Assembly: GCA_028534125.1 (NCBI GenBank)
Contig: JAPYYK010000409.1
Span: 1-64,000, forward strand
Length of the DNA stretch: 64,000 bases
Direction of reading: 5' to 3'
Source: Lama glama
Taxonomy: Eukaryota
Part shown: one piece after another, positions 50,201-63,096 of the stretch
Layout of the letters: every line of letters begins with the position of its first letter
Position numbering within the stretch: position 1 is the stretch's first letter
The notes under the pieces: generated by a model
Told to the model about the DNA's origin: nothing
The model's database searches: none
What the model saw: the letters and a program-made list of their open reading frames with translations, nothing else
Position numbers and translations under genes: made by a program

Positions 50201-53200
50201 GGGGGGCAGTGGGAGAGCAAAGCCAGTGTTTCTCTGATGTCCCCTCCCCATGCCCAATTTCGGAAGCCATGGGCCAGGGAGACCAAAATCATGACCCATG
50301 ACTCTGCCTTCTGTACCCCTCCCAGGGCCCAGTGGGCATCAATCTCACTTATGGAGGGGACCCTATCCCCAAGAGCCCCTTCTCAGTGGCGGTGTCTCCA
50401 AGCCTGGACCTGAGCAAGATCAAGGTGTCCGGCCTGGGAGAGAGTAAGTAGTTGTGTTCCTGGTCACAGTCACTGAGAACATGCCCTGGGGCTGCCTGGG
50501 TAGGGCGGCACGGTTCTCTCCCTCTTTTCATCATCTCAACAGAGGTGGATGTTGGCAAAGACCAGGAGTTCACAGTTAAGACGAAGGGTGCTGGTGGCCA
50601 AGGCAAAGTGGCCTCCAAGATCGTGGGCCCCTCTGGGGCAGCAGTACCCTGCAAGGTGGAGCCAGGCCTGGGGGCTGACAACAGTGTGGTGCGTTTTGTG
50701 CCCCGTGAGGAGGGGCCCTATGAGGTAGAGGTGACCTACGACGGTGTCCCTGTGCCCGGCAGCCCCTTTCCTCTGGAAGCTGTGCCCCCCACCAAACCTA
50801 GCAAGGTAATTGGGTTTTGGGGGGCCACCTCATCTTCTCTAGACTTACCCTCACCCTTTCTCGCTTTTGTCCTTTTGAGCAATGGCCCTGCTCTGGCCTG
50901 CCTGTGCCCCTGCCTGGTTGGGGAGGGAAGCTGGGACAAGAGGAGGTAGATGGAAGGTCAGGCTGGGGGTCTTAGGGTCAAGGGTCAGGGAGGTTCTCCT
51001 GACTTGCCCCTCCTCCCTCAGGTGAAAGCCTTTGGGCCGGGGCTACAGGGGGGCAGTGCAGGCTCCCCTGCCCGCTTCACCATCGACACCAAGGGTGCCG
51101 GCATGGGCGGCCTGGGCCTGACGGTGGAGGGCCCCTGCGAGGCCCAGCTTGAGTGCCTGGACAACGGGGATGGCACATGCTCTGTGTCCTATGTGCCTAC
51201 TGAGCCTGGGGACTACAACATCAACATCCTCTTCGCTGACACTCACATCCCTGGCTCCCCGTTCAAGGCCCATGTGGTTCCCTGCTTTGATGCTTCCAAG
51301 GTCAAGTGTTCGGGCCCTGGGCTGGAGCGGGCCACCGCCGGTGAGGCAGGCCAGTTTCACGTGGACTGTTCAAGTGCAGGCAGCGCAGAGCTGACCATTG
51401 AGATCCGCTCCGAGGCCGGGCTGCCGGCTGAGGTGCACATCCAGGACCACGGCGACGGCACACACACCATCACCTACATCCCCCTTTGCCCCGGGGCCTA
51501 CACCGTCACCATCAAGTACGGTGGCCAGCCCGTGCCCAACTTCCCCAGCAAGCTGCAGGTGGAGCCTGCGGTGGACACCTCGGGTGTCCAGTGCTACGGG
51601 CCTGGAATCGAGGGCCAAGGTGAGGGGCCGTGGCGTGGGGCAGGGAGCCCAGGGGAGCCCGGGCCCCTGGAGCCCCGCACTTCCTCTCCATGCCTCTCTG
51701 CAGGCGTCTTCCGAGAAGCCACCACTGAGTTCAGCGTGGATGCCCGGACTCTGACGCAGACTGGAGGGCCGCACGTTAAGGCTCGTGTGGCCAACCCCTC
51801 AGGCCACCTGACCGAGACCTATGTGCAGGACTGTGGTGATGGCACCTACAAAGTGGAGTACACGCCTTATGAGGAGGGTGCGTGCTGGGGCACCTGAGGG
51901 CTGAGGGGCAGGGGTAGGGTGGCCCAGGCTCCTCCTGACCCAGCCCGCCCTCCTCCAGGACTCCACTCTGTGGATGTGACCTATGACGGCAGCCCTGTGC
52001 CCAGCAGTCCCTTCCAGGTGCCTGTGACTGAGGGCTGCGACCCATCCCGAGTGCGTGTCCATGGGCCAGGCATCCAGAGTGGCACCACCAACAAGCCCAA
52101 CAAGTTCACCGTGGAGACCAGGTGAGTGAGAGCCCAAGGGGCAGAGGCTGCCGTGGGCCTTGGAACCCCGGGGAGTAACAGCGATCTGTTTGGCCTAGGG
52201 GAGCTGGCACGGGGGGCCTGGGTCTGGCTGTAGAGGGCCCCTCCGAGGCCAAGATGTCTTGCATGGACAATAAGGATGGCAGCTGCTCAGTCGAGTACAT
52301 CCCCTACGAGGCCGGCACCTACAGCCTTAATGTCACCTATGGTGGCCACCAGGTGCCAGGTGAGGAGGTGGGCCAGCTGGGGCTGGGCTGGGACCACCTG
52401 CCCACCGTCCACTGTGTCTCATATGGTTGCCATCCTTCCCGTCCCCCTACCCAGGCAGTCCTTTCAAGGTCCCTGTGCATGATGTGACAGATGCATCCAA
52501 GGTCAAGTGCTCTGGGCCTGGCCTGAGCCCAGGCATGGTCCGCGCCAACCTCCCTCAGTCCTTCCAGGTGGACACGAGCAAGGCCGGTGTGGCCCCACTG
52601 CAGGTCAAAGTGCAGGGGCCTAAAGGTGTGTTCACATGCCTGGGAGCAGGAGTCAGGTCAGGAGGGCATGGTCGTCTTTGAGGGGCCAGGGAAGGAGACC
52701 GGAGGCTCGGCACACAGAGGGTGGGGCTAGTGTGCTGGCAGTTGATGGAGAAGCCTCAGGGGACACTGCCGCCAGTGCCTAGGGTCAGGGGACTGAAAGG
52801 AGGTAGAACAGACAGGACGTGGCCACTGAGCAGATGTGGCAGGAGGGAGGGAGAGCAGGGGTCTGAGGTGGCACTCGGGCTCAGGGCCATTCCTGGGGAC
52901 GGGCCAGTGAGGGAAACTGAGGTCTAGACCTGGGTTGGAGGCTGGGTACACAGCCAAGGTTCAGCTTCTAGTGTCGTGGGCCTGGAGGCCCAGGACTAGC
53001 TGAGGCTCTGTCTCTGGGACTGGGGCCAGGCCTGGTGGAGCCAGTGGATGTCGTGGACAATGCTGATGGTACCCAGACTGTCAACTATGTGCCCAGCCGT
53101 GAGGGGCCCTACAGCATCTCTGTGCTGTATGGGGAAGAAGAGGTTCCCCGAAGGTAAGAGTCAGGGCCCACTGCCTGTGGGGAGGGGCCCCCGGCTGGGT

Positions 53201-56200
53201 GCCAAAATTCTTTCTGACCACTTTTAACATCCCGGCCCAACAGCCCCTTCAAGGTCAAGGTGCTGCCTACGCATGATGCCAGCAAGGTAAAGGCCAGTGG
53301 CCCTGGGCTCAACACCACTGGTGTGCCTGCCAGCCTGCCTGTGGAGTTCACCATTGATGCGAAGGATGCAGGGGAGGGTCTGCTGGCTGTCCAGATCACG
53401 GTGAGCTGACCACATGGGTGGCCACCTGGCCTTGCTGTTTTGCAGCTCCGGCCACATGGAAGGCGAGGAAGGGGAAGGGCCCAGGCTGGAGTGGTGGGTG
53501 GTGTGGGGCATGCAGCCTGGGGCAGATGGCCCAGTCCGGCTCTCTCTGATCTCCCTTGGGAGCTTTGTACAGGGGCAGGTCCCCTGCCTCTGGGATGGTA
53601 ATGACAGACAGGGGCTTCCCCACGCACGCACTTGCTCACTTCTAACTGAGCTCGTTATGGTACTGAAGCCCTTCTAGTGCCTCAACTTGCCCACCTGGAA
53701 CATTCTCTCGGGCCAGGTATGAGGCTAGGCTGGTGAGACCTTCTGGGGGAGTTCCTCCTAATGCTTGGCAGACCCTGGGGTGGAAGGTGGGAGCTGAGAG
53801 GTGCTCATGGGGATAAAGGAGAATGGGTGCCAAGTTTTCTGGCCTTGCCTGTTGTCACATGGGGGAGCACTGGGCATTTGAGGGCTTTTCTTCTGGGCCC
53901 TGCCCATGGGGGAGTAAGGGACAGTGTAGGATGCAGGCAGCCGTTTTGGGCCAAGGTGGTTGAGTGGCTCGCAGGTGTCCTTGCAGTAGCAGTGCTTGAC
54001 CCTTGATGCTTTGAGAGGGCCTGAGGTAATCCCGGGCCTGACTGAGCTTGGGCCAACTGCCTCCCCTGGGCTCTGCCACACAGGACCCCGAGGGCAAGCC
54101 CAAGAAGACGCACATCCAAGACAACCATGACGGCACGTACACGGTGGCCTACGTGCCAGACGTGACGGGCCGCTACACCATCCTCATCAAGTATGGTGGC
54201 GATGAGATCCCCTTCTCCCCATACCGCGTCCGGGCTGTGCCCACTGGGGATGCCAGCAAGTGCACCGTCACAGGTGAGCCTGCCCGCCAGCGGCCACGGC
54301 ACTCAGNNNNNNNNNNNNNNNNNNNNNNNNNNNNNNNNNNNNNNNNNNNNNNNNNNNNNNNNNNNNNNNNNNNNNNNNNNNNNNNNNNNNNNNNNNNNNN
54401 NNNNNNNNNNNNNNNNNNNNNNNNNNNNNNNNNNNNNNNNNNNNNNNNNNNNNNNNNNNNNNNNNNNNNNNNNNNNNNNNNNNNNNNNNNNNNNNNNNNN
54501 NNNNNNNNNNTCCTCTTCCGTGCTGATTCCCAGGACAGTTCCAGCTGCAGCTCTTGGCAGGGACAGAGGGGGGAACTGGAGGGTTAGGGCCCAGGGAGGC
54601 CTCCGGAGCTGAGCATGAGCACTCCAGCCCTCCCCTTCTCTGGGCCTCCGTTTCCCCATCTGAGAAGTCGGGTTGCAGCTGAGAGCTTTGGGGTGTGGTG
54701 CATCCTGAGAGGCACCCCACTGGGGGCTCTGGGGTCTGGGGATCTGGGCACCCCCGGGAAGTCCCAGGGGTGGGCAGCAAACCCTTTCTTTTCACTTCCT
54801 CCTTCTGTGTTAAGGGCTCTCACATGGGGTCTCCCTCAAGCCACGGGAGTCCCCGGCCCTGGCCAGATCCACAGACCCCCACCCCTACCTCCCAGAGGCC
54901 TCTGCGTCCCGGGCCGGGGGAGGCGCAGACTGCATGAGTGGGCGGGGCTGGCTAGTAGTGCGGCAGCACCGGCGTCGACTGCTTGGGCGGCCAGCATGGC
55001 GGGGCCCGGCCCAGCCTCAGAGCCCCAAAGTGCACTCGGTGGCCCACCCACCCTCTCCACATCCTTCCCTCCCCCTACTCCCTCAGCAGTGACGTTATTC
55101 AGATGGTCCCCAACTAGGCATGGAGATCCTCCTGCTCAGGCATGGGAGGGGAGAGCCAGCCCAGGCCAAGGGCACCTATGAGAGGCAGTAACTACATGGG
55201 AGCCTCGGAAGGCTGCAGGCCTGGAGCTTGGGCGAGGCGGCCAGGGATAAAGTTAGAGGGTGGCTGGGGTTTCGTGGCAGGGGTTGAGGGACTCTAGAGT
55301 GGGCCTCGGATTTGAGATGACAGGCATGTGTGCCTAGGGCAGCGGGACAGGGCCTTGGGGACCATGGGCAGGGTCAAGACTTAGCTGACAGAGTGGTCTC
55401 AGTTTACCTGGCCACTGTGTGCAGAATGGAGGCAGAGAGCCCAGCTGGGGAGCTGAAGTCACTTTTGGACCAGTTGGAGGGGTAGCTTGGTCTAGGCCAG
55501 TGATGGGGGACTTGAGAGGGGAACCAAATTGGGGGGTGTACTTTGAGGATAGAGCAGCTGAGACATGCTGATGGGCTGGGCGCTGGGCAGGGGAAGTGGG
55601 GAGTCCAGGCTAACTGTGAGGCCAGAAGCCTGAGCCACTAGCTAGACCGTGGGTCCACGTTCCAAGCAGGGAGAAAAGGTGTGGCTGCATGTGAGGTGAG
55701 GCCTCCCCGGGCAGGGTGGGCAGTAATGGGCCAGGTCTAGAGCTCAGGAGAGCTGTGGAAGGCCAGCATGGAGCTCAGCAGAGTGAGAGCCCTTGGCAGA
55801 GATGAGAGCTCAGCGGCAGGCTGGCTGGGGGTTGGGGGGTCCTTGAACTTAGCCCCTGAGTTGGTTTCGGTGCTCCCAGCTGCTTCCCTAGCAGAGGCTG
55901 GGCTACAGAAAGCACTTTCGCTGCCAGGCCTCACAGCCCACAGCCCCCCAAGCCTCCACGGCTGAGCCAAGATCATAACGTCACTGTCCCCCACTTTCCT
56001 CGGGCACTCTGGGGCCCTGGAGGCTGCTCAGCTGCTCCGCTCTTGCAACCTAGCAGCCGTGGCTCTGGCTTGGGCGTCCTGTCCCCTTCCCCCTGGGTGC
56101 TGCCGCTGCCACTGCCTGCTGCGCTGTGCTGCCTGGGTGCTAACCCTGCTGCCTACCTGCTTCCCTGCTCCCAGATCCTGCCTGCAACGGGCCATGCCCA

Positions 56201-59200
56201 GCCGTCCCTTTCTGCAAGCCTCCAAGCGAGAGTTCTCAGTTGTCAGGAAACTCCAATTTCACCTTCAGGCCGGGGTGGGGCGGGAGGCGAGTGTCACATT
56301 CCCCCACGCTGCAGCAGGACTCCGCCTCACTGCGTCTGCACACAGCACTGGGGGCCAGGCCGCAGGGGCGAAGGCAGCTGTGGGCCAGCTGGAGCACTGG
56401 CATTGGTCAGTGTGGTCCATGGCGCCAGCTGAGGCCAAGTTGGCAGGGGAGGTGGCGGCCAATGCTGGTGCCCTGACAGCATGTGGCCCTCCAGGCCCTT
56501 CCTTCCTCTCAAGACACCTGAGTTCCATCCGTCAGGCCTTCCCCACATAGGGGATTTCCCCAAGATAGCACTGCCTGGCTTGAGGTGGCTCAGGGGAACC
56601 TTTCCTGCCTTCTGAGAAATTACTCACCATCCCAGCTTGGGGGGGGTGGGGGCAGGAGGCCTGGCTATGCTTGGTGGCAGTAAGAGGCCTGGGCGGGTGG
56701 CAAGTGGACAGGAGCAGCCCGAGCACCAAGCTCATGCACTGGCCCCCACTTTGGGGACCCACCCTGCCCCACCAGGTGCTGGCATCGGCCCCACCATCCA
56801 GATTGGAGAGGAGACAGTGATCACCGTGGACACCAAGGCGGCGGGCAAAGGCAAGGTGACCTGCACCGTGTGCACACCTGACGGCTCTGAGGTGGACGTG
56901 GATGTGGTAGAGAATGAGGACGGCACCTTCGACATCTTCTATACGGCTCCCCAGCCTGGCAAATATGTCATCTGTGTGCGCTTTGGCGGCGAACACGTGC
57001 CAAACAGCCCCTTCCAAGTGACGGTCAGGAGGGGCCAGGGGTGAGGGGTCTGGGCAGGGCCTGGCCTGCCCCCTGCCCTGGGGCTCATGTGTGACCAGGG
57101 TCTCTAGCTCTTGTACGTTGCTCTGCAGGCTCTGGCCGGAGATCAGCCCATGGCACAGACCCCACTGCGGCCTCAGCAGCTGGCCCCACCATACACCTAT
57201 GCCCAGGGTGGCCAACAGACCTGGGTATGGCCTGGCCCACCTCTTCCTAGCTTACCTAGCCCTAGGGGACACTTGGGGACTGGCCAGCTGGGTGTCCCGT
57301 GTGGCCCTGTTCTGCTGCCTTTGTGGAGGGACCCCATATCCTCCCACTTGGGACTCCCCTCCCTTCAACAGCTCCCGACCCAGGCCCTTTGTGTCCACTG
57401 CAGGCTCCAGAAAGACCCTTGGTGGGTGTCAATGGGCTGGATGTGACCAGCCTGAGGCCCTTCGACCTTGTCATCCCCTTCACCATCAAGAAGGGCGAGA
57501 TCACCGGTGAGCAGGGCGGGAAGGAGCTCTAGGGAGGCCAGGGTGTGCCGACGGGCTGCCCTGACCCCAACCCCACTGCCCTGCAGGGGAGGTACGGATG
57601 CCTTCGGGCAAAGTGGCGCAGCCGGCTATCACCGACAACAAAGATGGCACTGTGACCGTGCGCTACGCGCCCAGCGAGGCTGGCCTGCATGAGATGGATA
57701 TCCGCTACGATAACATGCACATCCCAGGTGCGTCACGCAGCCAGCCGTCACCACCTCACAGGGGCCTGGGGCTGGGGGAAGGACTTGGGGACAACCCAAG
57801 GCCCCCATTCCACATAGCCCCCTTCCTGCCTTAGGAAGCCCCCTACAGTTCTACGTGGATTATGTCAACTGTGGCCACGTCACAGCCTACGGGCCTGGCC
57901 TTACCCATGGGGTGGTGAACAAGCCTGCTGTTTTCACGGTCAACACCAAGGATGCAGGAGAGGGTGAGCGTTGGCTCTAGTCTTAACCTGCCTGTGTGTT
58001 GTGAGATGCCATCATCTAATAGAGAACTGTATGCTGGAGACACTCCCCAAAGGGCATTCCCCACCCTGCCACCTGGGCCTCTCCTTGCCTGTTGGGGCTT
58101 CTCATTGGTGCAGTGTCTCTGGTCACAGTTCCCACCCTCACCCACAACTCTCTCCAGGGGGCTTGTCCCTGGCCATTGAGGGCCCATCCAAAGCAGAAAT
58201 CAGCTGTACTGACAACCAGGACGGGACGTGCAGCGTCTCCTACCTGCCTGTGCTGCCTGGTGACTACAGCATCCTGGTCAAGTACAATGAGCAGCACATC
58301 CCAGGAAGCCCCTTCACTGCCAGGGTCACAGGTAGGTGGTACCTGGAGCAATGACAGAACGAGGCAGGTGGCAGGGTAGGCGCAGTCTCCCTCTGTGCCT
58401 GGACACACAGTGACTGTCCCCCGCCAGGTGATGACTCGATGCGCATGTCCCACCTTAAGGTGGGCTCTGCCGCTGACATCCCCATCAATATCTCGGAGAC
58501 GGACCTCAGCCTGCTGACAGCCACGGTGGTGCCGCCCTCGGGCCGGGAGGAACCCTGTCTGCTGAAGCGGCTGCGCAATGGCCACGTGGGTAAGAGGCTG
58601 GGGAGCCGCACCTTCTGGAAAGGAAGGAGGCTGGCAGGGGGTGGGCAAACCTTTCCCTGGCTGATGGCCCCACCCTATGTTGTGCCCAGGGATCTCGTTC
58701 GTGCCCAAGGAGACAGGAGAGCACCTGGTGCACGTGAAGAAGAATGGTCAGCATGTGGCGAGCAGCCCCATTCCAGTGGTGATCAGCCAGTCGGAGATTG
58801 GGGATGCCAGCCGTGTGCGGGTCTCAGGCCAGGGCCTTCATGAAGGCCACACCTTTGAGCCTGCAGAGTTTATCATCGACACCCGTGATGCAGGTGGGCG
58901 GTGGTGGCCTGGAATCGGGTGGGACCACTCTCTTTGGCCTCCTAACTCAGGCGTATCCCTCCTGCAGGCTATGGTGGACTTAGCCTGTCCATCGAGGGTC
59001 CCAGCAAGGTAGATATCAACACAGAGGACCTGGAAGATGGCACATGCAGGGTTACCTACTGCCCCACAGAGCCTGGAAACTACATTATCAACATCAAGTT
59101 TGCCGACCAGCACGTGCCTGGTGAGGGCAGTGCCCACGCACCCTCCCCCATGGCTGGGCGACCCTCCTTGCCATACTCTGGGCTTTGCCTGCAGAATGTA

Positions 59201-62200
59201 ACCTGTGTGGGATGTGGGCTGTGTTTTCTTCCTACAGGCAGCCCCTTCTCCGTGAAGGTGACAGGCGAGGGCCGGGTGAAAGAGAGCATCACACGCAGGC
59301 GACGGGCTCCTTCGGTGGCTAATGTTGGCAGTCATTGTGACCTCAGCTTGAAGATCCCTGGTAGGAGCTATAGCAGGGCCAGGGAGGGGTCCTGGGGAGT
59401 CCTGGGTGCCAGCCCTAGGTGGCCCCAAGCAGAGGGCTGGGGCCTGGGTCTCCTGCTCACCAGGCTACCCCTCACCTACAGAAATTAGCATCCAGGACAT
59501 GACAGCCCAGGTGACCAGCCCATCAGGCAAGAGCCATGAAGCTGAGATTGTGGAAGGCGAGAACCATACCTACTGCATCCGCTTTGTGCCTGCTGAGATG
59601 GGCATGCACACAGTCAGCGTCAAGTACAAGGGCCAGCACGTGCCTGGGAGCCCTTTCCAGTTCACCGTGGGACCCCTGGGAGAAGGAGGAGCCCACAAGG
59701 TCCGTGCCGGGGGCCCTGGCCTGGAGAGGGCTGAAGCTGGAGTGCCAGGTAGGCCTACTTCCTGAGGGGCTCTTGGTCTTCTGGGGGAGGGTCGGGGGGT
59801 GGGGAGGAAGTAGCCAGCAGCCATGCTGGTCTCAGCCATGCTCAGAGAGGGCTGAGGCCAGGACAGCAGCCCTCCATGAGGACACACTACTTTCCCACAG
59901 CTGAATTCAGCATTTGGACCAGGGAAGCAGGCGCTGGGGGCCTGGCCATTGCTGTTGAGGGCCCCAGCAAGGCCGAGATCTCCTTTGAGGACCGCAAGGA
60001 TGGCTCCTGTGGTGTGGCCTATGTGGTCCAGGAGCCAGGTACTGAAGCCCTGGCTGGGCCTGGGGAGGCAGTTCCTGGGTGTGGGTATTGGTCTGGGTCT
60101 ATGCAGACATCCCTGCCCAGCTCCCACCCTTTACTGTGAGGTCCCAGGGCCACTTAGGCTGTTTGGGAGAGACAGCAGGTTTGAATGCTGACAAGTGGGG
60201 GCCTCCCAGCATGCCCTCTGTTCTCTCTCCCTGCCCAGGTGACTACGAGGTCTCAGTCAAGTTCAACGAGGAGCACATCCCAGACAGCCCCTTTGTGGTG
60301 CCTGTGGCTTCTCCGTCTGGTGACGCCCGCCGTCTTACTGTTTCTAGTCTTCAGGTGAGACACCGAGAGAAACCGCCCGTCTGGGGCTCCTGGGCCCGGC
60401 CAGACCAGAGCCGCCGCACAGAGCAGGCCTTGGCCCTGTGTCAAGTGACCCGCCCAGCCCAGCTCGGGGCGCCGGGCTTCTGCTCTGGCCGGGTGCAGCC
60501 CACGCTTGGGGTCGGCAGGAAGTACCCCTGACCGCCACGTGGAGTTTTTCTCGTGTCTCAGGTCTAAAGGCTTTGAACAGAAGCCTGTGCCCCTTGAGCA
60601 CCAGGGCTGAGGTTTAAAGAGGGACAGCCTGCTAGGGCTGCATGCTGCCCGCAGGGCGGGGCCACCCTGCTTCCTGCTGCCCCTGTGTGTGAATGTGGAG
60701 CGTGGGTTTGGGAGTGGGGGTGTGTGCGCCTGTAGCTTGCTGCCCCTTGAGAATAGGTGGCTCTCCCTCTTTAAACCAAGTTGGACGCCAGATGGGTAAG
60801 TGCAACCCTGTGGGCCTTCTGCTTCTGGGACCCTGTCTTCCCTTGCTCCAGCCTCAGCCNNNNNNNNNNNNNNNNNNNNNNNNNNNNNNNNNNNNNNNNN
60901 NNNNNNNNNNNNNNNNNNNNNNNNNNNNNNNNNNNNNNNNNNNNNNNNNNNNNNNNNNNNNNNNNNNNNNNNNNNNNNNNNNNNNNNNNNNNNNNNNNNN
61001 NNNNNNNNNNNNNNNNNNNNNNNNNNNNNNNNNNNNNNNNNNNNNNNNNNNNNNNGCCCTGGCCCCGCTGGGAGCAGTGGGCCGCCCCTGGGCCCGTCCC
61101 GCTGGCTGGAAGCAGGCTGAGAGTACAAAAGGCAGACACAGACTCTGGAAGCAGCCCGGACAGGGCACAGGTGCCTGGCTTCTTCAGCCAGGCAGCCCTT
61201 TCCCCTCGTTACCTAAGCCCTTGGGAATCTGGCTCAGCTTCACCCTTGAGGCTTCAGGAAGCCTGTGCTGTGGAGTGTGGGTGTCTAGCATGGTCCCCAG
61301 AAAAAGCTGAGTGGGCCACCTAAAGCTACTGGACTCACTCTGGTGGACAAGGGAAGCTCCTCAGATGCCACGTGCTCGGTTGGAGGAGGGACCCTGGGCC
61401 CACAGCATGCTCCTCTGTTCCTCAGATAAGTATGCCGTGCGCTTTATCCCACGGGAAAATGGCATCTACCTGATTGATGTCAAGTTCAACGGCACCCACA
61501 TCCCTGGAAGCCCCTTCAAGATTCGAGTTGGGGAGCCCGGGCATGGAGGGGACCCAGGCCTGGTGTCCGCCTATGGAGCTGGCCTGGAAGGCGGCATCAC
61601 AGGTAGGTCAGTGGGTGCAGCTTCTGGTGTGTGAACGTGGCTGTTAGGGCCCCTCCTCCCAGCTCTCAGTGACAACAGGAGGCGTGTGGAGGTGACCAGG
61701 CTACGCTGGGCCGGGGGTGGGGGTGGGGAACAGGCTGGACCAGCTCTGCCTAACCTCCTGTGCCCCCAGGGAGCCCAGCTGAGTTTATTGTGAACACAAG
61801 CAATGCAGGAGCAGGTGCCCTATCAGTCACCANNNNNNNNNNNNNNNNNNNNNNNNNNNNNNNNNNNNNNNNNNNNNNNNNNNNNNNNNNNNNNNNNNNN
61901 NNNNNNNNNNNNNNNNNNNNNNNNNNNNNNNNNNNNNNNNNNNNNNNNNNNNNNNNNNNNNNNNNNNNNNNNNNNNNNNNNNNNNNNNGTGAGCCATGCA
62001 CCAGACTGCTGCCACCCACCCAACTCAATGCCTGGCACTCTGGCCACCTCTGACCCACCTGCTCTGCCCTACAGGTCCCCGTCTCGTCAGCAACCACAGC
62101 CTCCATGAGACATCATCAGTGTTTGTAGACTCCCTGTCCAAGACTGCCGGTGTCCCCCAGCATGGGGCCCCAGGCCCAGGCCCCTCCGATGCCAGCAAGG

Positions 62201-62811
62201 TGTTGGCCAAGGGTCTGGGGCTAAGCAAGGCCTACATGGGCCAGAAGAGCAGCTTCACGGTGGACTGCAGCAAAGCAGGTGGGCACCCAGGACCCAGCCC
62301 TTGGCCAGTGCCTGGGAACATGGGAAGGGGTGAAGTGGGGGTGGGACAAATGCCTTTTGGGGCATGGCTGTCACTTCTAGAGCAACTTCCCACCTGGGCT
62401 TCCCTGCCATCTCCTCTACCCTTCAGGAAAGTGCCTTCGAGGAGCTGGAGTTTCCCCTATTGGTTTGGGGTGGGGGTGCTGGCAGCTCGGCAGAAAGGGC
62501 TGTCACCTGAAAATGGGTGAGGTGGGAAGGGGAGACTCCAGAACAGGAGGAGAGATCAGTGCAGTCACAGCTGAAGGGAGGGGACTTGGAGCCTGGAACT
62601 GAGGCCCCTTCCCCTACCCCTAGGCAACAACATGCTGCTGGTGGGGGTACATGGGCCACGGACGCCCTGTGAGGAGATCCTGGTGAAGCATGTGGGCAGC
62701 AGGCTCTACAGTGTCTCCTACCTGCTCAAGGACAAGGGGGAGTACACGCTGGTGGTCAAATGGGGTGATGAGCACATCCCAGGCAGCCCCTACCGTGTCC
62801 TGGTGCCCTGA
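41207..62811 (+). CDS. FLNA: Filamin A, right (plus-strand) copy; multi-exon, exons 2-48
   Basis: Coding exons read from GT/AG junctions: 41207-41579, 44664-44912, 45001-45098, 45219-45366, 45778-45896, 45989-46066, 46157-46319, 46409-46609, 47156-47293, 47378-47501, 47618-47754, 47856-48049, 48218-48331, 48419-48562, 49260-49383, 49467-49627, 49714-49804, 49885-50054, 50326-50443, 50543-50805, 51022-51619, 51704-51877, 51959-52121, 52199-52359, 52455-52625, 53030-53153, 53244-53400, 54084-54273, [small alternative exon 30 presumably under N 54307-54510], 56776-57023, 57129-57224, 57404-57506, 57587-57727, 57835-57963, 58158-58331, 58428-58589, 58690-58893, 58968-59120, 59238-59360, 59482-59748, 59901-60038, 60239-60354, [exon 44 presumably under N 60860-61055], 61426-61602, 61770-61988, 62075-62278, 62624-62811. 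Phases are consistent. FLNA-specific N-terminus, RRRAPSV phosphosite and C-terminus [16 protein letters not shown]. Confidence 0.97.
42593..42809. promoter_or_regulatory. Intron 2 enhancer-like cluster: TEAD, AP-1, CArG (right copy)
   Basis: GGAATG 42593-42598, TGAGTCA 42656-42662, CCATATAAGG 42800-42809. Confidence 0.6.
46848..46904 (+). other. Candidate poison (NMD) exon in FLNA intron 9, right copy
   Basis: AG|...|GT-bounded 57-nt segment after a long CU-rich tract; joined to exon 9 it reads E-L-A-P-V-V-stop. Confidence 0.65.
48639..49179 (-). mobile_element. L1 (L1MB-type) 3' fragment in FLNA intron 15, right copy
   Basis: Mirror of 26085-26625. Confidence 0.8.
60334..60583 (+). other. 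A-to-I editing stem: exon 43 end (Gln CAG 60352-60354) and intronic complementary sequence, right copy
   Basis: 60334-60374 (cttactgtttctagtcttcaggtgagacaccgagagaaacc) is imperfectly complementary to 60544-60583 (gtttttctcgtgtctcaggtctaaaggctttgaacagaag); position fits the known FLNA Q/R recoding site. Confidence 0.75.
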
Positions 62812-63090
62812 GCTCTGTGCCAGCCAGCAGCTCCCAGGATGAGAAGTGCCCCTGCGCCCACCCTCTGCCACCCGAGCAGCAACCCCACCTCAGCCCTGGA
62901 GCCCTGGCTACCCTGTCACTGCAGCCGACCCTGCCCTGTGCTGCACTCACCTGCCTCCACTCCAGCAAAGGAGAGAGGCGAGCAGAGGGAGCCCTCTGGT
63001 GGCCCTGCCTATCTTCTTTGGTTCTGGGAGGGGTGAGGGGTGGGGGTCCTGTGCACAACCACCCGCTAGTTCTCTTCCCTAGCCAAGAGG

Positions 63091-63096
63091 AATAAA
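63091..63096 (+). terminator. Polyadenylation signal AATAAA of right FLNA copy
   Basis: aataaa 280 nt after TGA, followed by a GT/T-rich stretch. Confidence 0.85.
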
